A stretch of 64,000 nucleotides of DNA from an uncultured Eubacteriales bacterium (GCA_900549225.1 URNP01000001.1:16086-80085); one strand, 5' to 3'. Counted from the stretch's first letter, positions 45,729-54,724 are shown. Numbers and translations are program-made. Notes: generated by a model from the sequence alone, not told the origin.

Positions 45729-47720
45729 ATGAGCGATCAAGTTATGAATGAAGAAATGAACCAAGAAGCTTTGGATCAACAACTCGCACAAGACGAACAA
45801 GTCCTCGAAAACGACGATATGCTCAATCGCGACGCAGACGGCAACGTGATACCCGCATTCCCCGTCAGCAAACGCACCAAGAGAGATCAGAGCAAGACGG
45901 CAGTGCTTTACAGCGTTGCTTCGATACTTCTTCACGTTCTGGCTTATCTGCCAATTCTCGTGGTGGCGTCCGTGCTCGGCGTAAAATGCTACAACCTTAT
46001 GCCGTATTATTCGTTCTGGCCGTTCGTAGGCGTGATTCTTGCGGGCGTCCTCGGACTCGTATTTATGACGGTTGCACTCGTCGTAAACAGAAGAAAATCC
46101 AAGAGCAACATTCGCACGAAGACGGTCAAGGTTCTCATTGCGTTCGTGTGCCTCACGACGGGATTCGGTCTTATCCTGACCTACGTTTTCCCCGACGTTA
46201 TCTCTTTTGCAACGCAAAACACGCTCTATTGCGAAGATTTGTACTACAACGGTGAAAACCAAGCCGAACATAACGCATCTCTCGAGAGAGACCTGATTAT
46301 GTACAACCTTCTCAACGGAAACCTCAATCAATACGACGAAAAGGGTAAGATTGCCAAAAACGGCGACTTCTCGTACAAGACTCTCGTTGCGCACGACGAG
46401 GACAACGGCGTCATCACCAACTACAAGAATTCCGAGATCCAAAAGAGCGTCAACTCGTATACTTCAAAGTATAAAAAGACGGGTGTAAAAGGTATTCAAA
46501 CCGAAATCGACGCACTCAAATCCAACGAGAGAAAATATGAACTTTACGAGTTCATCTACAACCAATATATCCTCAACGACTACGACTATTCCTTCAAGAA
46601 CGACATCACGAGACGTGCCGTTGCGCTTTCGATTCTCGATTATATCTACGCGCACTTCGATTATGAAGGAATGTTGAAAGAAGGCTTCAACAATCCTAGA
46701 TTCAAAGCCTTGTTCCAACAAAACTACGACAGTTTCAACCAAGACGGATATCTCACGTTTGACGATCCGCTTCTGCTCTACGCACAGATGAACGGCCGTA
46801 TGACCGTGCCTATCGTCCTCCGTCTTATCCTCAACCAAGGCTGGTCGTATACGCAAGGATCTTATATCACATACAACGACGAAGAAGTCCTCACCTACAA
46901 CGAAGACGGCAACTGCCTCTATCAACTCTACGATCCTCAATTGGTCGAAGAGTACAAGGCAAATTGCACGGATGCAAATCCGTTCCCGTACACGGGTACG
47001 ATTGTCAATCAAGACGGCAAAAAAGTCAATGTCAAATACGGTTTCAACGAGAACGGTTGGCAAATGTACGAAAACGGAGTGACCAAACGTCCGCTTTCAT
47101 GGCTCGTTCTCGATATGCTCGGCGATCCGATGGCACTTACGTCGATCAACCTCGGCGAAGTGCTAGCCCCGCTTCTTTCGGGTATTGAAATCGGCGGCAA
47201 GCCCCTCAACCTCGGCGCAGATATGGTCAATACGATTCTACAATCCGTTCTCAACGCGCTTCCCACGCTCATCGACTCTTTGGGCGGTCTTATGCAAGAA
47301 GATCTTATCGACGTCGTAAAAGCGGCAGCGGGCGGTGCGCAACTCAGCGTAGGATTGTGCCTCGACGACGACGGCAACCTTGCGGTCAACCTCTTCCCGA
47401 TGAACGCACCTTACGGTATGCTCGGCTACATGCAAGCAACGTGGGTTGACAGCGACCACTTGCTTATGGCTGTTATCAACGTCGTTGCATTGCGCAACTG
47501 GATGGCAATCTTCGGAGCAATCGGAGCAGTGCTTATCGTTGCTGCCGGCGTGTGCAGAGATATGGGCGAAAAGACTCGCAAACGCACGGAAGTATCTCGT
47601 GACCGCATTTTGAGAGCAAAAGCGGCAGAGGAGAGCGGTGTCGGCGAAACGGATTCGGACGCGGAAATGCCCAACGTGGAAGAGCCGACTTTGCCCGAAA
47701 ACGAACCGATAATAGTCTAA
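45729..47720 (+). CDS. hypothetical large envelope protein B (same topology as A)
   Basis: 663 aa. Begins 3 nt after the stop of A, with SD AAGGAGGTG inside the end of A. Acidic N-terminus, three TM helices, ~430-aa external region, C-terminal TM helix, charged tail. Confidence 0.7.
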   Translation: MSDQVMNEEMNQEALDQQLAQDEQVLENDDMLNRDADGNVIPAFPVSKRTKRDQSKTAVLYSVASILLHVLAYLPILVVASVLGVKCYNLMPYYSFWPFVGVILAGVLGLVFMTVALVVNRRKSKSNIRTKTVKVLIAFVCLTTGFGLILTYVFPDVISFATQNTLYCEDLYYNGENQAEHNASLERDLIMYNLLNGNLNQYDEKGKIAKNGDFSYKTLVAHDEDNGVITNYKNSEIQKSVNSYTSKYKKTGVKGIQTEIDALKSNERKYELYEFIYNQYILNDYDYSFKNDITRRAVALSILDYIYAHFDYEGMLKEGFNNPRFKALFQQNYDSFNQDGYLTFDDPLLLYAQMNGRMTVPIVLRLILNQGWSYTQGSYITYNDEEVLTYNEDGNCLYQLYDPQLVEEYKANCTDANPFPYTGTIVNQDGKKVNVKYGFNENGWQMYENGVTKRPLSWLVLDMLGDPMALTSINLGEVLAPLLSGIEIGGKPLNLGADMVNTILQSVLNALPTLIDSLGGLMQEDLIDVVKAAAGGAQLSVGLCLDDDGNLAVNLFPMNAPYGMLGYMQATWVDSDHLLMAVINVVALRNWMAIFGAIGAVLIVAAGVCRDMGEKTRKRTEVSRDRILRAKAAEESGVGETDSDAEMPNVEEPTLPENEPIIV

Positions 47721-47735
47721 TGACAAATATCAATG

Positions 47736-47773
47736 AAAAACAAACGGCACTTTCGAGTGTCGTTTGTTTTTTT
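47736..47773 (+). terminator. intrinsic terminator after protein B
   Basis: AACAAACG.CAC-tttcga-GTG.CGTTTGTT followed by TTTTT. Confidence 0.7.
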
Positions 47774-47917
47774 GTATGATTGGCAAAAATATTGCATTTA
47801 TATTTGCTCTTATTGACGACGATAAGTTCGGAACGGAAGAAAAAGCGCGATTGTTGTCGAAATTGTGACGATATTGCTATATATACATGTGTATGGACAG
47901 CAGTTGCCTTTTGCGTC

Positions 47918-47946
47918 TTGACTTTATTATTTTATTATAATATAAT
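47918..47946 (+). promoter_or_regulatory. consensus-like promoter for lipoprotein C (TTGACT-17-TATAAT)
   Basis: TTGACT at 47918..47923 and TATAAT at 47941..47946. The 5' UTR carries palindromes ACGCATATGCGT (47971..47982) and TTGCATTTGCAA (47991..48002). Confidence 0.5.
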
Positions 47947-48030
47947 TATAAATACAAATGTATCCATACTACGCATATGCGTGCGTATAGTTGCATTTGC
48001 AATCGATGGCAAAATTATTAGGAGGCAATT

Positions 48031-50481
48031 ATGAAAAAACTCAGCATCAGATCGATTTTCATCCTGATTCTCGTTCTGGTTTTGGCGTTCGCACTTGTCG
48101 CTTGCGGCGAGAAAGACGAACCGAAGCCCGAACCGAAGCCGGAAGACAGTGTTGAAAACGTACAGGCATTCTTCAATACTCTTTGGGAGAAATCCTCGAG
48201 TATCGGAAATACCAAAGTAGGCGAAAAAGACGACCTCAAAGTCGACCTCGGTCTCACCGTTAAGATCGCAACGCAAGACGAAACAGGCACTGAATATCAA
48301 GCAATTGATCTCGGCGTCGACCTCGACCTCGTTCTTGACAGATCCAGCGCAGAAGGCAGCAGTGAACACACTGCAATCAAGGCAAGACTTTACGATCCGT
48401 CCAACGACGAAACTTGGGTTACGCTCTACTACTTCTTCAACGACGTTTACAACGTTTACGTTGATTTCGCAGGACAAAACTTCAAAGTTCCCTTCGATTA
48501 TCTCAACGACACGTTCAACAAGAACTTTGACAACTTCATCAACAACGAAAAAATTATCAATAAAGATAATGCAGACAAAGCGAAATCTATCGGTGAAATC
48601 ATCACTGCGGTCACCGAAAATATGGGTGCAAGTTGGAACCTCAACACCCTCGTAGACGACGTGGTCAAACTCTTCGGCATCAACCTCAAAGATATGATTG
48701 CCGGCAATGACATGATCGGCGGTATTATCGAAGGGTTGCTCGGTGACGGCGCAACCGTCGACGACGTGTTCGATGGCGACAGACTCGACATCAACAAGAT
48801 TCTTGCAAACGAAAACATTGCAAGAGCATTGTTCCTCAATGAAGAAACGATCGTCGATCAAAACGGTTTCTACAGCACCGCTATCGATCTTAACGGCGAT
48901 ATCGGCGGCATGGTTGTCGGAATGATCCCCGAAGGCGTCGACAAAATCATCAATGCAAACACTGAACTTTATTTGCAATATCAACTCAAAGACAATGCTC
49001 TTGACTCCTTTGGAATCAAAGCCGTTCTCACCGAAATCGAATCTACTGTGGGCGAAAAGACCGTTCATCCGTCACTCACCGTCAACATCACCGATCTCAA
49101 GTTTGCAAAAGCGACGACCAATGAAATTGAGAATTCAATGCCCGTTAAGAAGAACAACTACAGCACGAGCGCAGTTCTCGATGCAAGCGCAGTGCTCGAT
49201 CTCGCAGGCTTCTCTCTTGACGCAACCAAACTTGACAGCCTCAACGGCAACAGATTCTCTCAAGTCGCAGGTCTTGACAATCTCCAACTCAAAGGTCAAA
49301 TCTCCGTCGGTCTCACCGGCAAAGTCGACCTCAAAGACAACAACGGTATAGCGGCATACGCACACCTCACCTACAAGGCAGACGATAAGGCTGCTGCGGT
49401 CAAAGTGCTCGAAGCAAGTTTCGTGAACGGCAACCTTGCAGTCGTCGTCAACCAAAAAGCAAACCTCGTTGCTTTGGACAGCAACGGCAAAACCGTCAAC
49501 GTTCCCATCGCAAGCACGCTTGTCAACCTTTGGGGCGACTACGCTTATAACGCACTCAAAGACAAAGTCTTCACAGGCAACCCCGAAGTGCTCGCAGACT
49601 TGGAAGGCAAACTCTTCAGCAACAAAGATCATCGCACCATCAACCCGAACTTCGTTGGCGCAGAATGGACCGGAATTGACATTGTCACCGGATTCAAGGG
49701 CGTTATGGACGGTTTGTTCACAGAAAAACCGGCAAACGAATCTGCAGATATGGCAACGATCATCGGCAACGTCGTCAAGACCGTTGAAAAAGCGCTCCCG
49801 CTCGTTTCGACCGCAGACAACAAACTCGCAGTTGCATCCGACAATATCGGCAACGCGGTCAACAGCATCGGCAAAGTATGGTGGGGCAAAAACGCACCTG
49901 ACTTCAAACAATCCATAATCGATGCAGACAAGAGCAACTGGCTTGACAAATTCACCGAAGCAATCAAGATCGAAGGCGCAACTTACACGACGAAGCAAGA
50001 TTTCCTCAAAGCTATCTTCAATTCTTCCGCAAACGTTGCTCTCGATATGAGCAAGAACGGTTTGGATCTTGACCTCAACGTCAACGTTACGGCAAAGGCA
50101 AGCGTCAAACTCGCACTCAGCATCGGCGCAAAAGCAAGCGCAACCATCACTGATCTTTCTGCAGGTTTGAAAGAAGATGCAAACACCTTCGTGTTCAACA
50201 TCTCTTCCGCACCCACGAAAGGAACTGTCAATGCAGACGGCACGTTGACCCTTACCGGTATCGAAGGCTCTATCATCGACGTTAGAATCGGTGACGGTGA
50301 ATACTTCAGAGTCGAAGGCACTTGGAACGGCAACACGTTCACTTCCAAGACCGCTCTTCCGAACGTCGTTGCAAAAGCGCTCATCAAAGCTAGAATGACT
50401 GCTCCCGGCACGGACGGACCCAGCTTCGGCGTGAAGATGACCAACAACTATAAAGCACCTCAAACGGATGCTAAAAAATAA
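48031..50481 (+). CDS. hypothetical large lipoprotein C
   Basis: 816 aa. Signal peptide with lipobox LVAC, SD AGGAGG. D/N/G/L/T-rich, no domain recognised. Confidence 0.7.
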   Translation: MKKLSIRSIFILILVLVLAFALVACGEKDEPKPEPKPEDSVENVQAFFNTLWEKSSSIGNTKVGEKDDLKVDLGLTVKIATQDETGTEYQAIDLGVDLDLVLDRSSAEGSSEHTAIKARLYDPSNDETWVTLYYFFNDVYNVYVDFAGQNFKVPFDYLNDTFNKNFDNFINNEKIINKDNADKAKSIGEIITAVTENMGASWNLNTLVDDVVKLFGINLKDMIAGNDMIGGIIEGLLGDGATVDDVFDGDRLDINKILANENIARALFLNEETIVDQNGFYSTAIDLNGDIGGMVVGMIPEGVDKIINANTELYLQYQLKDNALDSFGIKAVLTEIESTVGEKTVHPSLTVNITDLKFAKATTNEIENSMPVKKNNYSTSAVLDASAVLDLAGFSLDATKLDSLNGNRFSQVAGLDNLQLKGQISVGLTGKVDLKDNNGIAAYAHLTYKADDKAAAVKVLEASFVNGNLAVVVNQKANLVALDSNGKTVNVPIASTLVNLWGDYAYNALKDKVFTGNPEVLADLEGKLFSNKDHRTINPNFVGAEWTGIDIVTGFKGVMDGLFTEKPANESADMATIIGNVVKTVEKALPLVSTADNKLAVASDNIGNAVNSIGKVWWGKNAPDFKQSIIDADKSNWLDKFTEAIKIEGATYTTKQDFLKAIFNSSANVALDMSKNGLDLDLNVNVTAKASVKLALSIGAKASATITDLSAGLKEDANTFVFNISSAPTKGTVNADGTLTLTGIEGSIIDVRIGDGEYFRVEGTWNGNTFTSKTALPNVVAKALIKARMTAPGTDGPSFGVKMTNNYKAPQTDAKK

Positions 50482-50503
50482 TGCAACCTAAAAGCATAAA
50501 CGG

Positions 50504-50531
50504 AAAAGGCGCGTAATGCGCCTTTTCTTTT
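50504..50531 (+). terminator. intrinsic terminator after lipoprotein C
   Basis: AAAAGGCGC-gtaa-TGCGCCTTTT followed by CTTTTT. Confidence 0.7.
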
Positions 50532-50555
50532 TGCGTTTTCAACGGCTATTCGTGG

Positions 50556-50583
50556 TTGATAAATCTCAAAAGCGTGTTATAAT
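50556..50583 (+). promoter_or_regulatory. extended -10 promoter abutting ATG 50590 (TTGATA-16-TGtTATAAT, 6 nt to ATG)
   Basis: TTGATA at 50556..50561, TGT at 50575..50577, TATAAT at 50578..50583. No SD before the ATG. Confidence 0.5.
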
Positions 50584-50589
50584 GAAGAT

Positions 50590-51915
50590 ATGACAGGATT
50601 TGAAGAAAAGCACAGTGTAATAAGCAACGACGATATGAAAAGCGCAATCGACTTCGTCGAGGAGTTTACGGAAGAGTTGAAAGCGTATCCCAATCGCATC
50701 ACGGCAAGCAAGGATGAAACCGCTTGCGCGAGGGCGATACGCAACAGACTTCACGACGAAACCGACGCAAAGACGCGCCTTGAGGCGTTTGCCGCTCCCG
50801 TTTTGCTCGGGAGAGGCTCTTTTTTGTTGCTTGGCATATGGTATGCGCTTTGTTACGTCGTGTATTTCGTGTCTTTTGCAGGAGGACGCGTTGCGGGCGC
50901 ACTCGTTACGCTCTTGTCACTCGTCCTTTTCCTTTCGGGCGGAAGCGTGTTTTTGCTTATGTACCTCGGCAACCGAAAACTCGGTAAACTGTTGCCAAAA
51001 AAGGTGTCTTACAACGTCGTCAGCGAAAGTCAGAAGGACGATGCAAATCCCAAGAATATACTTATCATCTGCGACAAACACGACGCGTCTTTGGGTAGCC
51101 CCGTGAAAGACTTTAATCTCGTGCGAAAACTTACGATGATTATCGCACCCGTTTCGGTGTTTATTTTCGTGCTTTTCTGCATCTTGAAAATGGCGATCGG
51201 CACGCAAGGCGACAACGTTGCGGCAAAAATCAGCGCATTCACGATTTTGCCGTTCGTATCGGGCATTTTCGGCATTGCGGCGTTCGTGATGCATTTCTCG
51301 CCCGTCGAGAAGTTCGCGCGCGAAAACAACGGCGTGGCAACCGCCGTCGCAATGGCAACGTACGCGTATTTTGCAGAACAGCCCGAACTTTTGGCGGATA
51401 ACACCAAAATAGTTTACGCCTCTTTCGGTGCGGAAAACTCGGGGCATAGCGGTTCGGGCGCATTCGTTGAGGCGCATCCCGAATTTGCCTCGGCAAAGGT
51501 TCTTGCCATAGGCGACGTGCTTGGCGGTGCGTTTCAGGTTGCCGAGCGCGATTGCGTGCGCAATATAGACTTTTCGATCGATATGGTTTCTGCCGTTCAC
51601 GCAAGCGCGATAGAGCAGGGCATAACCGTTTCTACGATGCCGCACGACACGATTATGCACAAGTTCAATTCGTTGCATGGATTTATCTCGAACGCTTTTG
51701 CAAAAAACGGCAATCCCACGGCAACGATCCTTGCCAAAGACTATCAAAAACGCGAAAGATCGTTGACGAAAACCGACTATGAAAATCTGTTTTCGCTTTG
51801 CGTCGGCGCGGCTATGAAGATTATGGCAAGAGAGGACCCTCCAAAGAGCGATAAGGTCGATTTGACGACTGCTCCGTCTTCCGAAATGAAGATAGTGGAC
51901 GTCGAAAGCAAATAA
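50590..51915 (+). CDS. membrane-embedded M28-like protein with degenerate metal ligands (paralogue of 29235..30455)
   Basis: 441 aa. Same layout as the other M28 protein, but the motifs read ICDKHDASLG, ENNGVATA (in place of DNLTGCA) and FGAENSGHSGSGAF (in place of GGEEAGLRGAKAW). Confidence 0.6.
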   Translation: MTGFEEKHSVISNDDMKSAIDFVEEFTEELKAYPNRITASKDETACARAIRNRLHDETDAKTRLEAFAAPVLLGRGSFLLLGIWYALCYVVYFVSFAGGRVAGALVTLLSLVLFLSGGSVFLLMYLGNRKLGKLLPKKVSYNVVSESQKDDANPKNILIICDKHDASLGSPVKDFNLVRKLTMIIAPVSVFIFVLFCILKMAIGTQGDNVAAKISAFTILPFVSGIFGIAAFVMHFSPVEKFARENNGVATAVAMATYAYFAEQPELLADNTKIVYASFGAENSGHSGSGAFVEAHPEFASAKVLAIGDVLGGAFQVAERDCVRNIDFSIDMVSAVHASAIEQGITVSTMPHDTIMHKFNSLHGFISNAFAKNGNPTATILAKDYQKRERSLTKTDYENLFSLCVGAAMKIMAREDPPKSDKVDLTTAPSSEMKIVDVESK

Positions 51916-51973
51916 AAACACACTCGCGCGGCGAGAATATAATTGCATTTTTAATGCAAAAACGGACGAAAAA

Positions 51974-53293
51974 ATGCAAAAAAACGATGAAAAAACCACC
52001 GAAAACGGCAACGTTTTTGACCAAAACCAAGACGAGATAGCCGAAGAATCCTCTCAATTTGCAGAGGCTGCTCGATCCGACGAAAACTCGACGGCGGATT
52101 ACGACGAAAAAAACGATAACTCGCAAGAGAATTTGAAAGAAGGAATCCTTGCGGATTACGCAACTCGTGAAAAGAAGGGCGCAAAGGCGCTTTCCGTCGT
52201 CAAAAAGTATTGCAAGCGCTATTTTATCGACGCGTTTTCGGGTATGGCGCAAGGCCTGTTCTGCACGCTCATCGCAGGCACGATTTTGGCGCAAATCGCT
52301 TCGTGGTGCGGCGATAATTCGTTTGCAAAAGTGCTCGGCTATCTCGCAAGCGTTGCCAAAATGCTTATGGGCGCAGGTATCGGCATAGGAATTGCGCATA
52401 AACTCGGTGCAAAACCGCTCGTGATTTTCACAGCCGCAGTTACCGGACTCGTCGGCGCATTTGCAGGCAATCTTGTGAACGCGCTATGCCAAAACGCCGC
52501 GTTTACGATTGCTTTCGGCGCAGTCGGCAACCCGATAGGCGCGTACGTCGTTTCGCTTTTTACGGTTGAAATCGCATCGCTTTACGCAGGCAAGACCAAA
52601 CTCGATATAATCCTTATTCCGCTCGGAATGATGCTGTTGTGCCTTGGCGGAATTTTCCTTGCGTGGCCGTTTATCAAACTCATCGATTTGCTTGCAAAAC
52701 TCATCGTTTTGGCAATCGAGGCAGGTGCTGCGGTCAAGATTATCGTCGGCGTGTTCGTTGCGGTGGTAATGGGAATCTTGCTCACTATGCCAACTTCCTC
52801 CGCTGCTATATGGGTGGCGATAGCCACAAGCGCTACGGCTCTTGAAAATCCCGACGTATTCGCAATTGCCGGTGGCGCTGCCGTTGCAGGTTGCTCGGCA
52901 CATATGATAGGCTTTGCGGTGGCAAGTATCAGAGAAAACGGCGCGGGCGGACTCATTTCGCAGGGCGTCGGAACGAGTATGCTTCAAATCCCCAACATTA
53001 TGAAAAAACCCGTGATTATGGTGCCTGAAATCGTGGCAAGTGCGGTTTGCGGTCTCGTTGCCGTGCTTATGGGACTTCGTTGTAACGCCTCGGGCGGCGG
53101 AATGGGTACGAGCGGTCTTGTGGGCGTATTCGGCACGATTGACGCATCGCAAGGCGTGATACCCGACTGGCAACTCGGCGTGGGCATAGTGCTTTGTCTG
53201 TTCGTTCTCCCTGCGACAATATCCTTCGGCATAAGCGAGATAATGCGCAAAACCGGCGCAATCAAATTCGGCGATCAAAAACTCGAAAATTAA
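51974..53293 (+). CDS. PfoR / PTS-EIIC-2 family membrane protein with acidic N-terminal extension
   Basis: 439 aa. KRYFIDAFSGMAQGLFCTLIAGTILAQI resembles the start of the PfoR-type EIIC-like family (from memory). About 70 acidic residues precede it. Confidence 0.6.
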   Translation: MQKNDEKTTENGNVFDQNQDEIAEESSQFAEAARSDENSTADYDEKNDNSQENLKEGILADYATREKKGAKALSVVKKYCKRYFIDAFSGMAQGLFCTLIAGTILAQIASWCGDNSFAKVLGYLASVAKMLMGAGIGIGIAHKLGAKPLVIFTAAVTGLVGAFAGNLVNALCQNAAFTIAFGAVGNPIGAYVVSLFTVEIASLYAGKTKLDIILIPLGMMLLCLGGIFLAWPFIKLIDLLAKLIVLAIEAGAAVKIIVGVFVAVVMGILLTMPTSSAAIWVAIATSATALENPDVFAIAGGAAVAGCSAHMIGFAVASIRENGAGGLISQGVGTSMLQIPNIMKKPVIMVPEIVASAVCGLVAVLMGLRCNASGGGMGTSGLVGVFGTIDASQGVIPDWQLGVGIVLCLFVLPATISFGISEIMRKTGAIKFGDQKLEN

Positions 53294-53343
53294 TTTTCTT
53301 CGGGTGTGGGAAAACCCCATACAGAATTATTAATTATTAATTG

Positions 53344-53371
53344 AAAAGCGCACCGTTACAGGTGCGCTTTC
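53344..53371. terminator. bidirectional terminator between convergent genes
   Basis: AAAGCGCACC-gttaca-GGTGCGCTTT. Confidence 0.7.
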
Positions 53372-53373
53372 TG

Positions 53374-54630
53374 TTATAGTTCAAACAATTTCTTTTTCTT
53401 TTTGGGTTCGACGGGCGTTCCGTCCTTTTTGAGTTTGAGCGTGGGCAGATACACGTCAAACACCGTTCCTTTGCCTTCGATGCCGTGGCAGGAGATTTCT
53501 CCGCAATGCGCTTTTACGGTGGCAGACGCAATGGACAAGCCAAGTCCGAAACTTTGATTGTCCTTGTTTTGTCTTGCGCCGTCGGTGCGGTAGAACCTGT
53601 CAAAAACGTGCTTTGCATCCTCTTTGGAGATGCATTCGCCCGTGTTCATAACCGACAGGTGTACGCGCTTTCCGTCCAAAAACAGGCGAACGCCCACTTT
53701 GCCTTTTTCGCCCGAATACTTGATTGCGTTGTCGAGAAGAATGACGACGAGGCGTTCAAGAGATTTCGGTTCGCCCAAAACGTGCAAGTCGGGTTGCACG
53801 TCGGTGAGAAGTTTCACGTCTTTTTCAAAACACGTTGCTTCAAATTCAAGGCAAGCACCCTCGGACACTTCGCTGAAATTTACGTCTTGCTTGGGAAGTT
53901 CGCTCTGTTCGAGTTTGCTCAGTTCAAGCATATTGTTTATCAAATCGCGCATACGCACGAGTTGCGTTGAGATTGACGATATCCACTTCTCGTTGTCCTT
54001 GACGGTGGAATCGGGCTCGGATTTGATTACGCTAAGATTGGTCGCAATGATTGTCAGAGGCGTTTTGAGTTCGTGCGAAGCGTTTGCCACGAGGTCGCGT
54101 TGTTTGGTCATTGCCGAGGCAACGGGAAAGAGAAGTCTTGCCGACGACAAGAGGGCAAGAAGAGCGACGAATATCACCGAACAACAATAGAGGAGCGCAA
54201 CCATAATTGCCGTGTTGGCAAGTTGCTTGTGATAACTCGTGCGGTCGATAAGCGCGTAGAGCGTGCCGTTCGGATATTGTCTGTTTGCCACGACGAAGTG
54301 CTTGTCGTTATACTCGAATTTGCCTTTTGAGGTTTCTATGGCTTTGAGAATTATGGCGTTTGCCTCGTCGTCGTAAACGTCGGTGTTGCCGTCTATTTCC
54401 AATTTTCCGTTGTCGTAGGAATAGATAAAAATGCATCTCAAATCGTTTGCGACTTCGTCGTTATAGTGCACGGGATCTGCAAGCGCTTTTTCGATTGCCT
54501 TGTTGATGAATACGTCGTTCGAGCCGTACACAACGCCGAACAGACCGCCCAAAACGATGAGCAGAAATACTGCCGCTATGAGAGTGGTCGTGACCGTGTA
54601 ATTGACGCGTTGTTTTCTTATAATATCCAT
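53374..54630 (-). CDS. sensor histidine kinase
   Basis: 418 aa. Two TM helices flanking an ~110-aa external domain, H-box ASHELKTPLT, N box LLDNAIKY, G boxes GLGLSIA and GKGTVF. Confidence 0.9.
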   Translation of the reverse strand: MDIIRKQRVNYTVTTTLIAAVFLLIVLGGLFGVVYGSNDVFINKAIEKALADPVHYNDEVANDLRCIFIYSYDNGKLEIDGNTDVYDDEANAIILKAIETSKGKFEYNDKHFVVANRQYPNGTLYALIDRTSYHKQLANTAIMVALLYCCSVIFVALLALLSSARLLFPVASAMTKQRDLVANASHELKTPLTIIATNLSVIKSEPDSTVKDNEKWISSISTQLVRMRDLINNMLELSKLEQSELPKQDVNFSEVSEGACLEFEATCFEKDVKLLTDVQPDLHVLGEPKSLERLVVILLDNAIKYSGEKGKVGVRLFLDGKRVHLSVMNTGECISKEDAKHVFDRFYRTDGARQNKDNQSFGLGLSIASATVKAHCGEISCHGIEGKGTVFDVYLPTLKLKKDGTPVEPKKKKKLFEL

Positions 54631-54699
54631 ACAAATCGCAATATAAGGGTTTTAGTTGTCAAAAATCAAAGCATAAAACCTTGATTCGTGCAATAAACA

Positions 54700-54724
54700 A
54701 AGTGACGCGATAAACGCGTCACTT
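54700..54724 (-). terminator. strong hairpin between the response-regulator and kinase genes
   Basis: AGTGACGCG-ataaa-CGCGTCACT lies 5 nt after the RR stop, followed on the minus strand by TTGTTTATT. Confidence 0.45.

Noticed and set aside
43275-46442. 1055-aa ORF on the minus strand, longer than either sense gene
   Set aside because: It is in exact codon register with sense genes A and B. Those genes have SDs, TM helices and coherent composition. The antisense translation is V/F/R/H/C-rich, with no start context. It is a shadow ORF caused by avoidance of TTA/CTA/TCA sense codons.
47780-48034. 84-aa ORF in the AT-rich spacer upstream of lipoprotein C
   Set aside because: It starts at a non-ATG codon without an SD, spans the promoter and 5' UTR palindromes of the downstream gene, and ends inside that gene's start region.
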